A stretch of DNA of 64,000 nucleotides from Trueperaceae bacterium (GTDB taxonomy: Bacteria > Deinococcota > Deinococci > Deinococcales > Trueperaceae). The stretch's first letter is position 1. The number at the start of each line of letters is the position of its first letter. The notes under the pieces are model-generated. The model saw only the letters and a program-made list of their open reading frames with translations. It was not told where the DNA came from and searched no databases. Shown one piece after another: positions 31,489-44,100 of this stretch. The DNA lies in assembly GCA_034521815.1 (NCBI GenBank), contig JAXHLW010000001.1:96001-160000 (forward strand), in the 5' to 3' direction. The translations under genes were made by a program, and so were the position numbers.

Positions 31489-32184
31489 ATGTGCGGACGA
31501 TACGGACTGTTCCACGAGGCCGGCGAGATCGCCGAGGCGTTCGGCGCGGACATCGCGCGCCTCGATCCGCCCCTCTCGCCGCGCTACAACGTCGCGCCGA
31601 CGCAGCAGGCGGTCGTCATCGTGCCGTCCGGCGACGCAGGTCCGGTCGCGATCACCGCCCGCTGGGGCCTGATCCCGCACTGGGCCAAGGATCCGTCCTC
31701 GTTCAAGGCGACGCTCGTGAACGCTCGCTCCGAGACGGCGCACGAGAAGCCGTCGTTTCGCGACGCGATGAAGCGGGACCGCTGTCTGGTTCCCGCCAGC
31801 GGCTTCTACGAGTGGCACGCCGAGGAGCCGGGCGCCGCCAAGCAGCCGTACTGGATCCGCCGCCGGGACGGCCGGCCGATGGCGCTGGCCGGCCTGCACG
31901 CGCGCAACGAGCGAGCCGATCCCGCCGACAGCTTCACCATCCTGACGACCCGTCCCAACGCGCTGATGGAGCGTCTCCACGACCGGCAGCCGGTGATCGT
32001 GCCCGTCGGCGCGATCCGGCTCTGGTTCGATCCGGAGCGTGGCGACGCCGCCTCGCTGTCCGACCTGATGGAGCCCAACGACCCGGCCGAGCTCGAGGCG
32101 ATCCCGATCGGGACGGCCGTGAACCGTCCCGGCAACGAGGGGCCCGAGCTGCTGGAGCCGCACGGGGAGGCGCTGCGGGTCTAG
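31489..32184 (+). CDS. SOS response-associated peptidase (SRAP; YedK/HMCES family, abasic-site shielding)
   Basis: N-terminal MCGRY, YNVAPTQ, WGLIPHW, NARSET, FYEW, HDRQPVI. Confidence 0.94.
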   Translation: MCGRYGLFHEAGEIAEAFGADIARLDPPLSPRYNVAPTQQAVVIVPSGDAGPVAITARWGLIPHWAKDPSSFKATLVNARSETAHEKPSFRDAMKRDRCLVPASGFYEWHAEEPGAAKQPYWIRRRDGRPMALAGLHARNERADPADSFTILTTRPNALMERLHDRQPVIVPVGAIRLWFDPERGDAASLSDLMEPNDPAELEAIPIGTAVNRPGNEGPELLEPHGEALRV

Positions 32185-32195
32185 CGCCCGGCTCT

Positions 32196-32251
32196 CGTCG
32201 CGAAACCCGCGTCGCGACACCCGCGTCGCTACACCCGCGTCGCTACACACC
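32196..32251. repeat. Intergenic tandem repeat 4 x 14 bp (CGTCGCKACACCCG) directly upstream of uvrC
   Basis: cgtcgcgaaacccg cgtcgcgacacccg cgtcgctacacccg cgtcgctacacacc. Confidence 0.85.
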
Positions 32252-32280
32252 TCGGCTTCGGCCGCGGCGACAATGACGCC

Positions 32281-34089
<1,809 letters not shown>

Positions 34090-34094
34090 GCGGC

Positions 34095-36635
34095 GTGGAC
34101 GCAGGCGTGGACGCAGCCGTTCCGTTCGGCCGAGGCGCGCACGATCCCGACCGAGCGGTCGACGCAGCTCGCAGGCGGCTGTCGGAGCTGGGCAGCGAGA
34201 CGGTGGCGGCACGCTCGCTGCCGCCGCGCGAGGGAAGCTTCGCGCCGCTTCCCAGCGACCTCCCGCGTCCGCTGGCGTCGGCGCTGGCGGAGGCGGGGAT
34301 CGAGAGGCTGTACCTGCACCAGCGGGCGGCCATCGACGCCGTTCGGGCGGGCGACGACGTGCTCCTCACGACCGGCACCGCCAGCGGCAAGAGCCTCGCC
34401 TATCAGCTTCCGATCGTGGCCGGCCAGCTGGCCGATCCGGCCGCGACCGCGTTGGCGTTGTTCCCCACCAAGGCGCTGGCGCACGACCAGGCGGACGGCT
34501 TCGCGCGGCTGGCGTCGGACGCCGGGCTGCCCGCCGGCACGGTCGCCGACTACGACGGCGACACCCAGACCCACCGCCGGCCCGGGATCCGGGCCGAGGC
34601 GCGGACGCTGCTCACGAATCCCGACATGCTGCACGCCGCGATCCTGCCGCACCACACCCTTTGGCGACGGTTCCTGACCGGGCTTCGCTGGATCGTGGTG
34701 GACGAGGTGCACGTCTACCGCGGCGTGTTCGGCGGGCACCTCGCCGGGGTGCTGCGGCGCCTGGTCCGGGTCGCGCGCCACTACGGCGCCGACCCGCGCG
34801 TGATCGCCACCAGCGCCACGCTGGGCAACCCGGTCGAGCACGCACGGCGGGTGCTGGGCCGCGACGTCGTCCATATCGACCGGGACGCCGCGCCCCGCGG
34901 GCCGCGCGAGGTGCTGCTGGTGCGCCCGCCGCTGGTCGACGAGGCGCTGGGGCTTCGCCGTCCGGCGTTGGCCGAGGCCGCCTCGTTGGCCGGACGGCTG
35001 GCGGAGGACGGCCTGCAGGTCCTGGTGTTCGCCGGCTCGCGTCAGGGGGCCGAGGAGGCGGTGGTGCAGCTGCGGGGCCGGACGAGCGGCGTCCGGACCT
35101 ACCGAAGCGGCCTGCTGGCCGGCGAGCGGCGCCTCATCGAGCGGGAGCTGCGCGACGGCGTGGCGCGCGTGGTCGTGGCGACCAGCGCGCTGGAGCTGGG
35201 CATCGACGTGGGCGGCGTGGACGCCGTCGTGATCGCGGGCTACCCGGGGTCGGCGGCGGCGTTCTGGCAGCAGATCGGCCGGGCGGGCCGGCGCGGCAGG
35301 CCCGGCCTGGGCGTGCTGGTGCTGGCGGGCGGGCCGTTGGATCAGTACCTCGCTCGGCACCCTGAGCACCTGTTCGGCGCCGCGCCCGAGCGTGCGCTGA
35401 GCGATCCCGACCACCTCCTGCTGGCGCTCGATCATCTGCGCTGCGCGGCGTTCGAGCTGCCGATCGAGCCGGACGAGCGCTTCGGCGGCTACGGACCGGA
35501 GGAGATCGCGGCGCTGGGCCAGCAGATGCGGGCCGACGGCGAGGCGCACGTCGCGGGCGGGCGGATCTACTGGCTGGGGGATCGCTACCCGGCGGAGGGC
35601 GTGTCGCTCCGCTCGGCCGGGCGCGACGAGGTCGCGTTGCTGGCGGACGGGGTCGCGATCGGCACGATCGATGCGCCCAGCGCCCGCTGGATGGTGCACC
35701 CGGGGGCGGTGTACCTGCACGACGGTCGCCCTCACCTGGTCGAGGAGCTGGACCTGGCCGAGCGGGTCGCCCGGCTGCGTCCGACCGACGATGCCGTGCT
35801 GACGCGCGCCAACCGGGAGACGCGGATCGATCCGGTCGGTCGGCCCGACGCCCGGGCCGTGCGCGGCGCGACGGTGCTGACGGGCGAGGTGACCGTCACC
35901 GAGCGCGTGACCGGCTACCGCAGGATGCGGCGCGTGACGCGCGAGACGCTGGGCCGGTTTCCGTTGGTGCTGGAGCCGTCGCGTCTGCGGACGCGGGCGT
36001 ACGCGTTCGCCCCGGACGAGGCCACGGTCGGGCGTCTGCGCGCCGCGGGCGCGTGGAGCAACGACGCCAACGACTACGGTCCCGACTGGCCCAGGCGGCG
36101 CGCGGCCGCGCTGGCGCGCGACGGCCACGCCTGCCGGGTGTGCGGCACCAAGGCGACGTCGGGGACGCGGCTGCACGTTCACCACGTCGTGCCGTTCCGA
36201 GCGTTCGCGAGCGCGCGCGAGGCCAACCGGGCGGACAACCTCGCCACGCTCTGCCCGTCGTGCCACCGCCGTGCCGAGCAGGGCGTCAGGGTGCGGAGCG
36301 GCCTCGCAGCGGTGGCGTACGCGATGCGGTCGCTGGCGCCGTTGCGGGTGCTGTGCGACGCCCGCGATCTGGGCGTGCACGCCGATCCGAGCAGCGCCGT
36401 GGCGGACGGCGGACCGGCGCTGCTGATCTACGAGACGGTGCCGGGGGGCGTGGGGCTGACCGACGAGCTGGCGCGGCGCCATGACGAGCTGGTGGCGGCC
36501 GCGTTGGAGCTGGTCGCCGGCTGCGGCTGCGAGGACGGCTGCCCCGCCTGCGTGGGGCCGGCCGGCGAGCCGGGGCACGCGGGCAAGCCCGAGGCGATCG
36601 CGGTCCTGACGGCGCTGACGGGGAACGACGCGTGA
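34095..36635 (+). CDS. DEAD/DEAH-box helicase with DUF1998 (MrfA/YprA/Hrq1 family) and an inserted HNH nuclease domain
   Basis: LYLHQ, TGTASGKSL, TNPDMLH, DEVH, SAT, TSALELGIDVG, QIGRAGRR; C-terminal LCD...CGCEDGCPAC. Start GTG 34095 or 34107, 5 nt after the uvrC stop. Confidence 0.9.
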   Translation: MDAGVDAAVPFGRGAHDPDRAVDAARRRLSELGSETVAARSLPPREGSFAPLPSDLPRPLASALAEAGIERLYLHQRAAIDAVRAGDDVLLTTGTASGKSLAYQLPIVAGQLADPAATALALFPTKALAHDQADGFARLASDAGLPAGTVADYDGDTQTHRRPGIRAEARTLLTNPDMLHAAILPHHTLWRRFLTGLRWIVVDEVHVYRGVFGGHLAGVLRRLVRVARHYGADPRVIATSATLGNPVEHARRVLGRDVVHIDRDAAPRGPREVLLVRPPLVDEALGLRRPALAEAASLAGRLAEDGLQVLVFAGSRQGAEEAVVQLRGRTSGVRTYRSGLLAGERRLIERELRDGVARVVVATSALELGIDVGGVDAVVIAGYPGSAAAFWQQIGRAGRRGRPGLGVLVLAGGPLDQYLARHPEHLFGAAPERALSDPDHLLLALDHLRCAAFELPIEPDERFGGYGPEEIAALGQQMRADGEAHVAGGRIYWLGDRYPAEGVSLRSAGRDEVALLADGVAIGTIDAPSARWMVHPGAVYLHDGRPHLVEELDLAERVARLRPTDDAVLTRANRETRIDPVGRPDARAVRGATVLTGEVTVTERVTGYRRMRRVTRETLGRFPLVLEPSRLRTRAYAFAPDEATVGRLRAAGAWSNDANDYGPDWPRRRAAALARDGHACRVCGTKATSGTRLHVHHVVPFRAFASAREANRADNLATLCPSCHRRAEQGVRVRSGLAAVAYAMRSLAPLRVLCDARDLGVHADPSSAVADGGPALLIYETVPGGVGLTDELARRHDELVAAALELVAGCGCEDGCPACVGPAGEPGHAGKPEAIAVLTALTGNDA

Positions 36636-37879
36636 GCGATCTGCTGGATCGTCTGCGGGCGCTTCGCGGCGACGCGCCGGCAGACGACGCCGCTCCGGAG
36701 CTCCCTGCGGCCGATCCGGGCTGGGAGGGCGTCGCCGCGCAGCTGGACGCCGCGTCGGTGGTGGTCGAGAACGGGGTGCACCTGGTGCGACGGGCCCGGC
36801 TGGAGCGGGGATCCGTCCACGGTCGGTCGCCGATCGGTGGGGACGGTCTCCACCCCTGGCTCGGCCGCTGGGCGTCCAAAGGCGCCGGTGCGCCAAGGAC
36901 CGTACGCGCGCCCTCGCCGACGGCTCGGACCGCTCCCGCCAAGGTCGTCTACCTGGATACCGAGACGACCGGCCTGGCGGGGGGAACGGGGACGTACGCG
37001 TTCCTGGTGGGCGTCGGGACGCACGACGCGGACGGGTTCCTGGTCGAGCAGCTGTTCCTGCCCGGTCCGGAGCACGAGCGCGCCTACCTGACCGCGCTGT
37101 CGGAACGACTCGCGGGCGCGTCGGCGGTGGTGAGCTACAACGGCGCGAGCTTCGACCTGCCGCTGGTGCGCACGCGCTTCGCGATGCACGGGCTCGCCGA
37201 TCCTCTGGAGGGCGTGCCGCACCTGGACCTGCTTCCCCTGGCCCGGAGGCTGTGGCGCCGAAGCCTGCCGGACTGCACCCTTGGAACGGTGGAGCGCGAG
37301 GTGCTCGGGGTGCGACGGAGCATCCGGGACGTCCCCGGCGCCGAGGTGCCGGCGCGCTACCTGGCGTTCCTGAGGTCTCGCGACGCGCGCCCGCTACGCG
37401 GCGTGCTGGAGCACAACCTGGACGACATCGTCGCGCTGACTGCGATGCGGTCGCGGATCGAGGCGATGCTCACCGTCCGGCTCGCACCGTCGGCGCCGTC
37501 GCGACCCGGGCCGGCTGCCGACCCGTTGGAGCTCCACGGGCTGGGCCGCTGGCTGGAGGCGATCGGCGAGCTGGACGCCGCGCTGGCGCACTACCACGCG
37601 GCCGAGACGCAGCTTGCGGACGCCGCCTGGGACGTGGCGCGATTGCTGCGGCGGGCCGGCCGGCATGGCGAGGCGGCCGCCCGCTGGAGCCGCCTGGCGG
37701 CCGGCGGCGACGCCCGGGCGTGGATCGAGCTGGCCAAGTACCGCGAGCACCGCCTGGGCGACGTCGACGGAGCTCTCGACGCGCTCGAGGCCGGGCGGCG
37801 TTGCGGCGGAGCGCGACACGACGACCTCGAGCGACGCCGGGCACGGCTGCTGTCGCGGAGGGCGCGAGAGCGCGGCTGA
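36632..37879 (+). CDS. RNase H-like DEDDh exonuclease with TPR-like C-terminus (MrfB/YprB family)
   Basis: YLDTETTGL, SYNGASFDLP, HLDLL, HNLDDI; GTGA overlap with the helicase stop. Confidence 0.88.
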   Translation: MSDLLDRLRALRGDAPADDAAPELPAADPGWEGVAAQLDAASVVVENGVHLVRRARLERGSVHGRSPIGGDGLHPWLGRWASKGAGAPRTVRAPSPTARTAPAKVVYLDTETTGLAGGTGTYAFLVGVGTHDADGFLVEQLFLPGPEHERAYLTALSERLAGASAVVSYNGASFDLPLVRTRFAMHGLADPLEGVPHLDLLPLARRLWRRSLPDCTLGTVEREVLGVRRSIRDVPGAEVPARYLAFLRSRDARPLRGVLEHNLDDIVALTAMRSRIEAMLTVRLAPSAPSRPGPAADPLELHGLGRWLEAIGELDAALAHYHAAETQLADAAWDVARLLRRAGRHGEAAARWSRLAAGGDARAWIELAKYREHRLGDVDGALDALEAGRRCGGARHDDLERRRARLLSRRARERG

Positions 37880-37897
37880 TCGGCGGGTGTCCGAGGT

Positions 37898-38545
37898 TCA
37901 GTCGTCGCCCGACGCTGCGCCGCGCGCCCCGTCCGTTCCGGCCCCCGACCTGAAGCGACCGCCGCAGCCCTTGTGCCGATAGGCGGCCGGGGGATGCTTG
38001 GGTCTGCGGTAAAGGCCGACCTCGGCGCCACAGCGTGCGCACACGAGCACGTGGGGCGCCGGCACCAGCGGCCCGGCCCGACAGGTCGCCTCCGGCCGAG
38101 CCCCGATCTCGCGCGCCACCGCCCGCCACAACGGACCGTGGTTCATCGCCGCGCGCCCGTGGCGGACGTAGGCGACCGCGTGGGCGATCTCGTGAAGCAG
38201 GGTGTCGCGGACCATCTCGGGCGTGCCGTCCGTCACCAGGTGCCGACTGATGCGGATCGTCCCCGTGGCCGCGCCCGCCCGGACGCGGGTCGTTCCCAGC
38301 GTCCGTTTCCCCCGTCCGAAGCCGAAGGCCCAGTCGTCGAGCCCGTGGCGGAGCATGCGCTCCGCCGCGTCCGCCTCGACGGTGGCGAACGCGGACGGCG
38401 TGGGGCGCGGGCGCAGCAGCCAGACCTTTCCGCGTTCGTCCTCGACGAGGTGGGACGCCGTTCGGCCGCGCGTGGCGTCGTCGGGGGGACGAACGGCGCC
38501 GAGGAGGCGCTGCGCGTGAGCGTGTCGGGACCGGGCGTGGCTCAT
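37898..38545 (-). CDS. SprT-like zinc metalloprotease
   Basis: TLLHEIAHA, HGPLW, C-terminal CxxC...HxxC zinc ribbon. TAGCCT -10 box 7 nt before ATG 38545. Confidence 0.85.
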   Translation of the reverse strand: MSHARSRHAHAQRLLGAVRPPDDATRGRTASHLVEDERGKVWLLRPRPTPSAFATVEADAAERMLRHGLDDWAFGFGRGKRTLGTTRVRAGAATGTIRISRHLVTDGTPEMVRDTLLHEIAHAVAYVRHGRAAMNHGPLWRAVAREIGARPEATCRAGPLVPAPHVLVCARCGAEVGLYRRPKHPPAAYRHKGCGGRFRSGAGTDGARGAASGDD

Positions 38546-38725
38546 GGCTCGAAGGCTACCGCGCGTCGTCGTACGGGCGCGCGGCCATGGGGTGGTCGTG
38601 CCGAGCGTCAGCACGGCTCGGGCCCGGCGCTCGTGAACGCGTGCCGCGACGAGACTGGCTCACGACCCGGAACGGAAACCCGGCCGCCGCACGCGTCTAT
38701 ACTCGGCCCACACGGAGGAGGACCG

Positions 38726-39613
38726 ATGGATCACGACCGAGACGAGCTCGAGGCCGCCGCGAGGCGGCTCGAGGCGCATCCCGACTACCGCGTCCAACGC
38801 AGGCTGCCCGACGATCCGTGCAGCGAGGAGGCCGGACCGGTGTTCCGGCGCGGCCTGTACGTCGACGTGGAGACGACCGGCATCGACGCGGGCAGGGAGA
38901 AGATCATCGAGCTGGCCATGGTCCTGTTCGGCTACGACGCCGAGGGTCGCATCACCGGCGTCGAGGCTCGGTTCGACCAGCTCGAGGACCCCGGTCGGCC
39001 GATTCCGCCCGAGATCGTCGAGCTCACCGGCATTTCGGACGAGGACGTCCGTGGACGCCGCATCGACGAGGGCGAGGTCGCCGAGCTGGTCCGCCGGGCC
39101 GACCTGATCGTCGCGCACAACGCCGGGTTCGACCGAGCGTTCCTCGAGAAGAGGATCGGCGTCTTCGCCGAGCAGCCGTGGGCGTGCAGCGCGCAGGACG
39201 TTCCTTGGCGCTACGAGGGGATGGAGAGCCGCAAGCTCGAGTTCCTCGCCTATCGGTCGGGCGTCTTCTACGACGGCCACAGAGCGATCGCGGACTGCCT
39301 GGCGGGCGTGTACGTGCTGGCGCGCCCCTTGCCGCGAAGCGGCGTGACCGGCATGGCGAAGCTGCTCGAGTCCGCGCGCCGTAGCGACGTGCTGTTCAGG
39401 GCCGTGGGCGCTCCGTTCTCGACCAAGGACGTGCTCAAGGCGCGTGGCTATCGTTGGCGGCCCGACGCCAAGGTGTGGTGGAAGCAGGTTCCCGAGGCGG
39501 ACGCCGATGCCGAGCGCGCCTGGCTGGCGAGCGACGTGTACGGCGGGAACGTCAGTCGCGCCACCGAAGCGGTCGTGACGGCGTACGAGCGCTACTCGTC
39601 CCGAGGGTCGTAA
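38726..39613 (+). CDS. DnaQ-like 3'-5' exonuclease (DEDDh)
   Basis: VDVETTG, AHNAGFDR, HRAIADC; GGAGGAGG RBS. Confidence 0.9.
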   Translation: MDHDRDELEAAARRLEAHPDYRVQRRLPDDPCSEEAGPVFRRGLYVDVETTGIDAGREKIIELAMVLFGYDAEGRITGVEARFDQLEDPGRPIPPEIVELTGISDEDVRGRRIDEGEVAELVRRADLIVAHNAGFDRAFLEKRIGVFAEQPWACSAQDVPWRYEGMESRKLEFLAYRSGVFYDGHRAIADCLAGVYVLARPLPRSGVTGMAKLLESARRSDVLFRAVGAPFSTKDVLKARGYRWRPDAKVWWKQVPEADADAERAWLASDVYGGNVSRATEAVVTAYERYSSRGS

Positions 39614-39750
39614 GGCTCCAGCCCGGCCCTCGCACGCCGAAGCACGCGCGCGTCCGAAGACCGTGCGCGCGTCTGCCACGCGGTCCCGGCGTGCGCAGCG
39701 TCCCCAGTGTGATACTCTTCTCAAAACCCCGCGCTAGCTGGGAGGTCGTC

Positions 39751-41166
39751 ATGGACGAAGGCAACGTCCGGCCGCATGCCGGACAGCAGGGAGACGGAAC
39801 CGTACACCGTGTCGGCCTGACGCGGCACTGCATCGCCTCCGGCGTCGTCCAGCTACCCTTCGCCCTCAGGGACACTCTTCCTGAGGGCGAGCTCTTGGCG
39901 CTGGACGTCGAGCGGGACGAAGCCGTCGTGCTCGAGGTCGTACCGCCTCGTGCGCTGTCCGGTCTCGCCGACTTCTTCGAGGCCCACGATCTGCAGGTGA
40001 ACGATCGGCTCGAGATCCGCATCCGTGGCCGCGACCTGGGCGAGGTGCGGCTCGTCGCGGTTCGCAGCGCTCGCCGCCCGACCAGGAGCGAGGACCGTCG
40101 GCTCGGAGCCGACGATCGTGCGGCGGAGCCCAGCAGCGAGCCATCATCCCCGTCCGCCGACTCCCCGAGCGGCTCGGCTGTCCGTGACGACGTGCCCTCG
40201 TCGGTGTCGCGGCCGGGACCGTCGCCGCTGCCCGACACATCGGTCCAGGACGCCCTGGATCACGGCGACTGGTCCTCTGCGCGTGCGTCCTCGGATGGAC
40301 CGGACGTCGTCGAGACGATCGGCAGCGTGACGGTCCGGCGCCTCGGCGCGGGCCGGTTCGCCGCTCCGGCCCCCACCACCCTCGCGCGACGGGCCGAGGA
40401 TCTGGAGGCCGAAGCACCGTCCACGCGCGATGCCCGGCTGGGCGTCAGCGGCCGGACCGACGCCGTGGCCGACACGAGCGCCGACGCGGCCGCCGAAGAG
40501 TCCCCCGGCGAGCCGCTGGACGCGCCTGTCGAGACGCGAACCGAGCCGACCGAGCCGGCCGAGCCGACCGAGCCGACCGACCGACCGACCGGCCGAGCCG
40601 GCCGAGCCGGCCGACGCGGAGCTCGATGACCTGCTGGTCGTGGACGACGCCCAGACGCCGACGCTCGACGGCGCCGTACGACAGCCCAGCCTGTTCGCTC
40701 CGCGAGACGGTGTGCGCCCACCGTTCCGCCCGCCGGCACGACCTCGACCCGCTCCCGATCCTGCGGCGAGCTCTCCTGCGGCGAGTCCACCTGCGGCGAG
40801 TCCTCCGACGACGAGTACTCCGCGGCGAGTACTCCCGCGGCCCGCCCGCGGCCGGAGGCCGTTCAGCTGAGCGAGAGCGACCTCGCCGATCCCGATGTCG
40901 TCGCGACCGTCCGGCAGCGCGCGCGCGAAGAGGAGCTCAGCCGCGCCGGCGACCTGCGCAGCCGGGTCGTGCGCTGGCTGTTGGCACCCACCACGCCCGT
41001 GATCGTGCCGATCGAGCGTGTGCAGCACGCGTTCGATCTTCCGGTCGACGTCGCGCGCGACGTGGTCGACGGCGTTCTCGAGGAGCCGCCTCCCAGCCTG
41101 CGCCTGACGCGCCTGCGCGAAGACCTGCTTCGGGTCTCGCGCGTCACCGTCGAGCACGACGCCTGA
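39751..41166 (+). CDS. Hypothetical protein with a long low-complexity linker, interrupted by two compensating frameshifts
   Basis: Globular N-terminus (MDEGNV...) and C-terminus (...DLRSRVVRWLLAPTTP...) share one frame; segment ~40580-40825 reads sensibly only in another frame; the shifts fall in 9-bp and 15-bp tandem repeats. Confidence 0.55.
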
Positions 41167-41185
41167 GCCGAGACGCTGGGCCGCC

Positions 41186-44100
41186 CTACGCCAGCCAGTC
41201 CGACGCCAGCCAGCCCGACTCCAGCCAGGCCGCGAGCGTCGTGGCGGAGGCTCCCGAATGAGCAGCACGGTCGTCGCGCCGGCCTTCGCGCGACGCTTCG
41301 TGCAGGGCGTGCTCGACGGCCAGCACCCGCTCGGCGGGCGTGGACGCCGGTCGCGGATCCAGGTAGCCGTGCTCGCGTAGCCAGGCCGCCAGCGCTTCGC
41401 GGGCGTCGTCCCGGAACCGCTTGACCTCGCCTCGCGCCAGGGCGGCCAGCAGTGCCTCCGCATCCCCGGACGACGCGTCCGCGATCTCGGCGACGCGGTC
41501 CAGGAACGCCGCGCTCACGGCGTCGCTGGCGGCCAGTGCGGCGCGGTCCACGGCACGTCCGCGACCGATGCGCCAGCGGCGCGACCAGGCGCGCGTCGCC
41601 GTCACCCGCGCGCCGAGGAGCTCGAGGTCGGCGGTGCCGAGGAGGCGTTCCGCCTGAGGGCCGTCCGCCAGGAGCGACGACAGCGCACCGATCGTCACGA
41701 TCCTGAGTCGCACCAGGGCGTGCACCAGGTCCAGCCGGTCGTGCAGCAGGTGAAGCGGATGGATCCGCTCCGGTCGCCACGGATCCACGGGCGGTACGCC
41801 CAGCACCGACGCGTAGCCCACGGCGTCCAATCCGTTCGGAGCCGGCGGCTCGCGCCACGCCGGGGGGCGCGCCCCGAGCGTCGGCGTCGTTTCCTGGCGG
41901 CCCCGAATCTCGGCCAGGTCCAGGACGGTGGGCGCCTCGATCCGGCCTTCCGACCGATCGGCCAGCTCGCGCCACAGCACCGCATCGTCCCGGCGAGCGC
42001 TGAGGTAGAGGACCTGCCGGCCCTCGTCGCGCGTCAGCGTGGTGAGCGCCTCTGCCACGGCAGCGAACCGTCCGACGTCGCTGGTCGTCAGCGCCTCGTC
42101 CAGCACCAGCGGCAGCGACGGACCGCCCTGCTCCGCCTCGAGCGCATGGGCCAGCCGGAGAGCCAGCAGGAGCTGTGCCTTCGTTCCGCTGGATAGCTCG
42201 TCCAGGGCGCGCTTGCGACCGTCCGTGCGACCGTCCGTGCGATCCACGGCGTGCACGCGCTCGGCGCCGTCTGCCGTGGTATCGAACGCCAGGGCGAAGG
42301 CGTGATGCGTGAACCGAGCGAACCAGGTCTCGGCCCGCTGGAGCGCGGCGGGCCTGCGCTCGCTGCGAAACGCGTGCTCGAGATGATCGAGCACGGCTGC
42401 GGCCGCTTCGCCGTCCAGCACCTGCTCGTACGCGTGCTCGAGCGCGTCGTGAGCTTGGCGCTCGACCTGACGCGCTGCGGTCAGGTCCCGCTCGCGGCGG
42501 GCGCGCGCCAGCCGCTCGTCGATGGCGGCGATCGCCCCGGTGGCCTCGTCGGCACGGTCGGCGGCCGCTAGCGCCTCGTCCAAGGCGTGACGAAGAGCGG
42601 TCTCGTCGCCTGCCTCGACCTGGGCACGAACGCCCGCGTCCGCGTCGACGATGGCCAGGTGGTGATCGAGAACGCCCTCCAGCCGGATGCGCTCGTCGCG
42701 CAGGCGTCGCCAGTCGGGCAGGCGGTCGGCGCGACGCCGGAGCTCGCGCATGGCGTCCGCGGGGTCGTGCTGGACCTGGTCCAGCGGTCGGTCCGACATG
42801 GCGGCCAGCAGCTCGTCGCGGCGGGCCCGTACCCGATCGAGCTCTTCATGGGCCCGGGCACGGGCGCGATCGGCCGCCTCGCGCCGGGCGGCGGCCTGGT
42901 CGCGCCGACGGACGCGCTCCGCCAGCTGGGCCAGGCGTGCCCGTACCGTCGCCGAGGCCGGCACGGTCGCCGGCGTCGGCTCGTCACCGTGCGCACGCAG
43001 GATCTCCGCCAGGCCGGCCGCACGCAGCTCGGTGTCGAGCCTCGAGCGGGCCTGCTGCAGGTGAGCGATCGCTGCGGCCTCGGCCTGGCGTGCGCCGCGC
43101 AGCGACTGGCCCGCCTCGCGCAGCTCGGCGGCGCGGCGCGCTCGCTCCAGCGCGGATCGCCCCGCCTCGCCTGCGTGCAGGCCGGCGCGTGCGGCACGAT
43201 CCGCGAGCTGACGCTCCAGACGATCCGAGCGGATCTCGGCTTCCTCGAGCTCGGCGTGAAGCTGGACGCGTCGGGCCGAGCGGATGGCCTCGGCCTCCCG
43301 CGCGTGCCGGGCCTCGGCCGCGTCGCTCGCGGCCTGGGCCAGACGGGCGCGAACCGCGGCGCGGGTCCAGACCGTGGGCGGCTCGGCGACCGCGTCCGCG
43401 AACGAGGTCCGCGCCTCCCGCCTCGCTCGCCGGGCACGGTGCCTCTCCGCAGCCGCTCCGGCGTCCAGCACGACACCCACCGCAGCCGACGCGCCCGCCA
43501 GGATCAGCAGTCGTGCGGCGCGGCTGGACAGGTCCAGCGCATCGAGCGAGAGCCAGGCCGCGCCCGCAGCGCCGACGACGGCGGCGAGGTAGGCGACGGA
43601 GCGCGCGCGGCGCCGCCACCGTCCACGGGCGTCGGGCGTCGCCAGCCAGTCGCTGAGCAGGTCCACGGCCCGGTGGGCGCGGTCCGGGTCGACCGACGGC
43701 TCGGGCGAAGGCGGTATCTCCCGCAGCGCGAGCCGCGCCACACGAGCCTCGCTTCGCGCCCTCTGGGCCTCGTCCGCGATCGCATCGAGCTCGTCCAGCT
43801 CCAGCGGCGTCGGTCCCACGACCGCGCCCAAGGGGTCGGGTCCCGACGCTTCCTGCAACGCGGCCACCCGGCCGGCCCGCTCGGCGGCGTGCCGCTCTGC
43901 GTCGCGGACCGTTCGTTCCGCGTCGGCCAGCGCCTCGGCGGCGGCCTGCCACGACGCGACCTGCGCGGCGTCGGGCCGACCGTCCTCGAGACCGGTCGCG
44001 GCCTTCTGGGCGTCGGCCGCGTCGAGCTCGGCCTCCTGCCGGCCCACCTCGCTCACCGCCCGGTCGACGGCGTCTGCGAGAGCGTCGGCGTCCTGAACGA

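Noticed and set aside
32196-32251. Possible CRISPR mini-array (also considered for 46190-46224 and 56205-56235)
   Set aside because: Repeats are 14-17 bp with no unique 25-45-bp spacers and no cas genes; the Cas4-like motifs at ~49.4-50.2 kb belong to AddB
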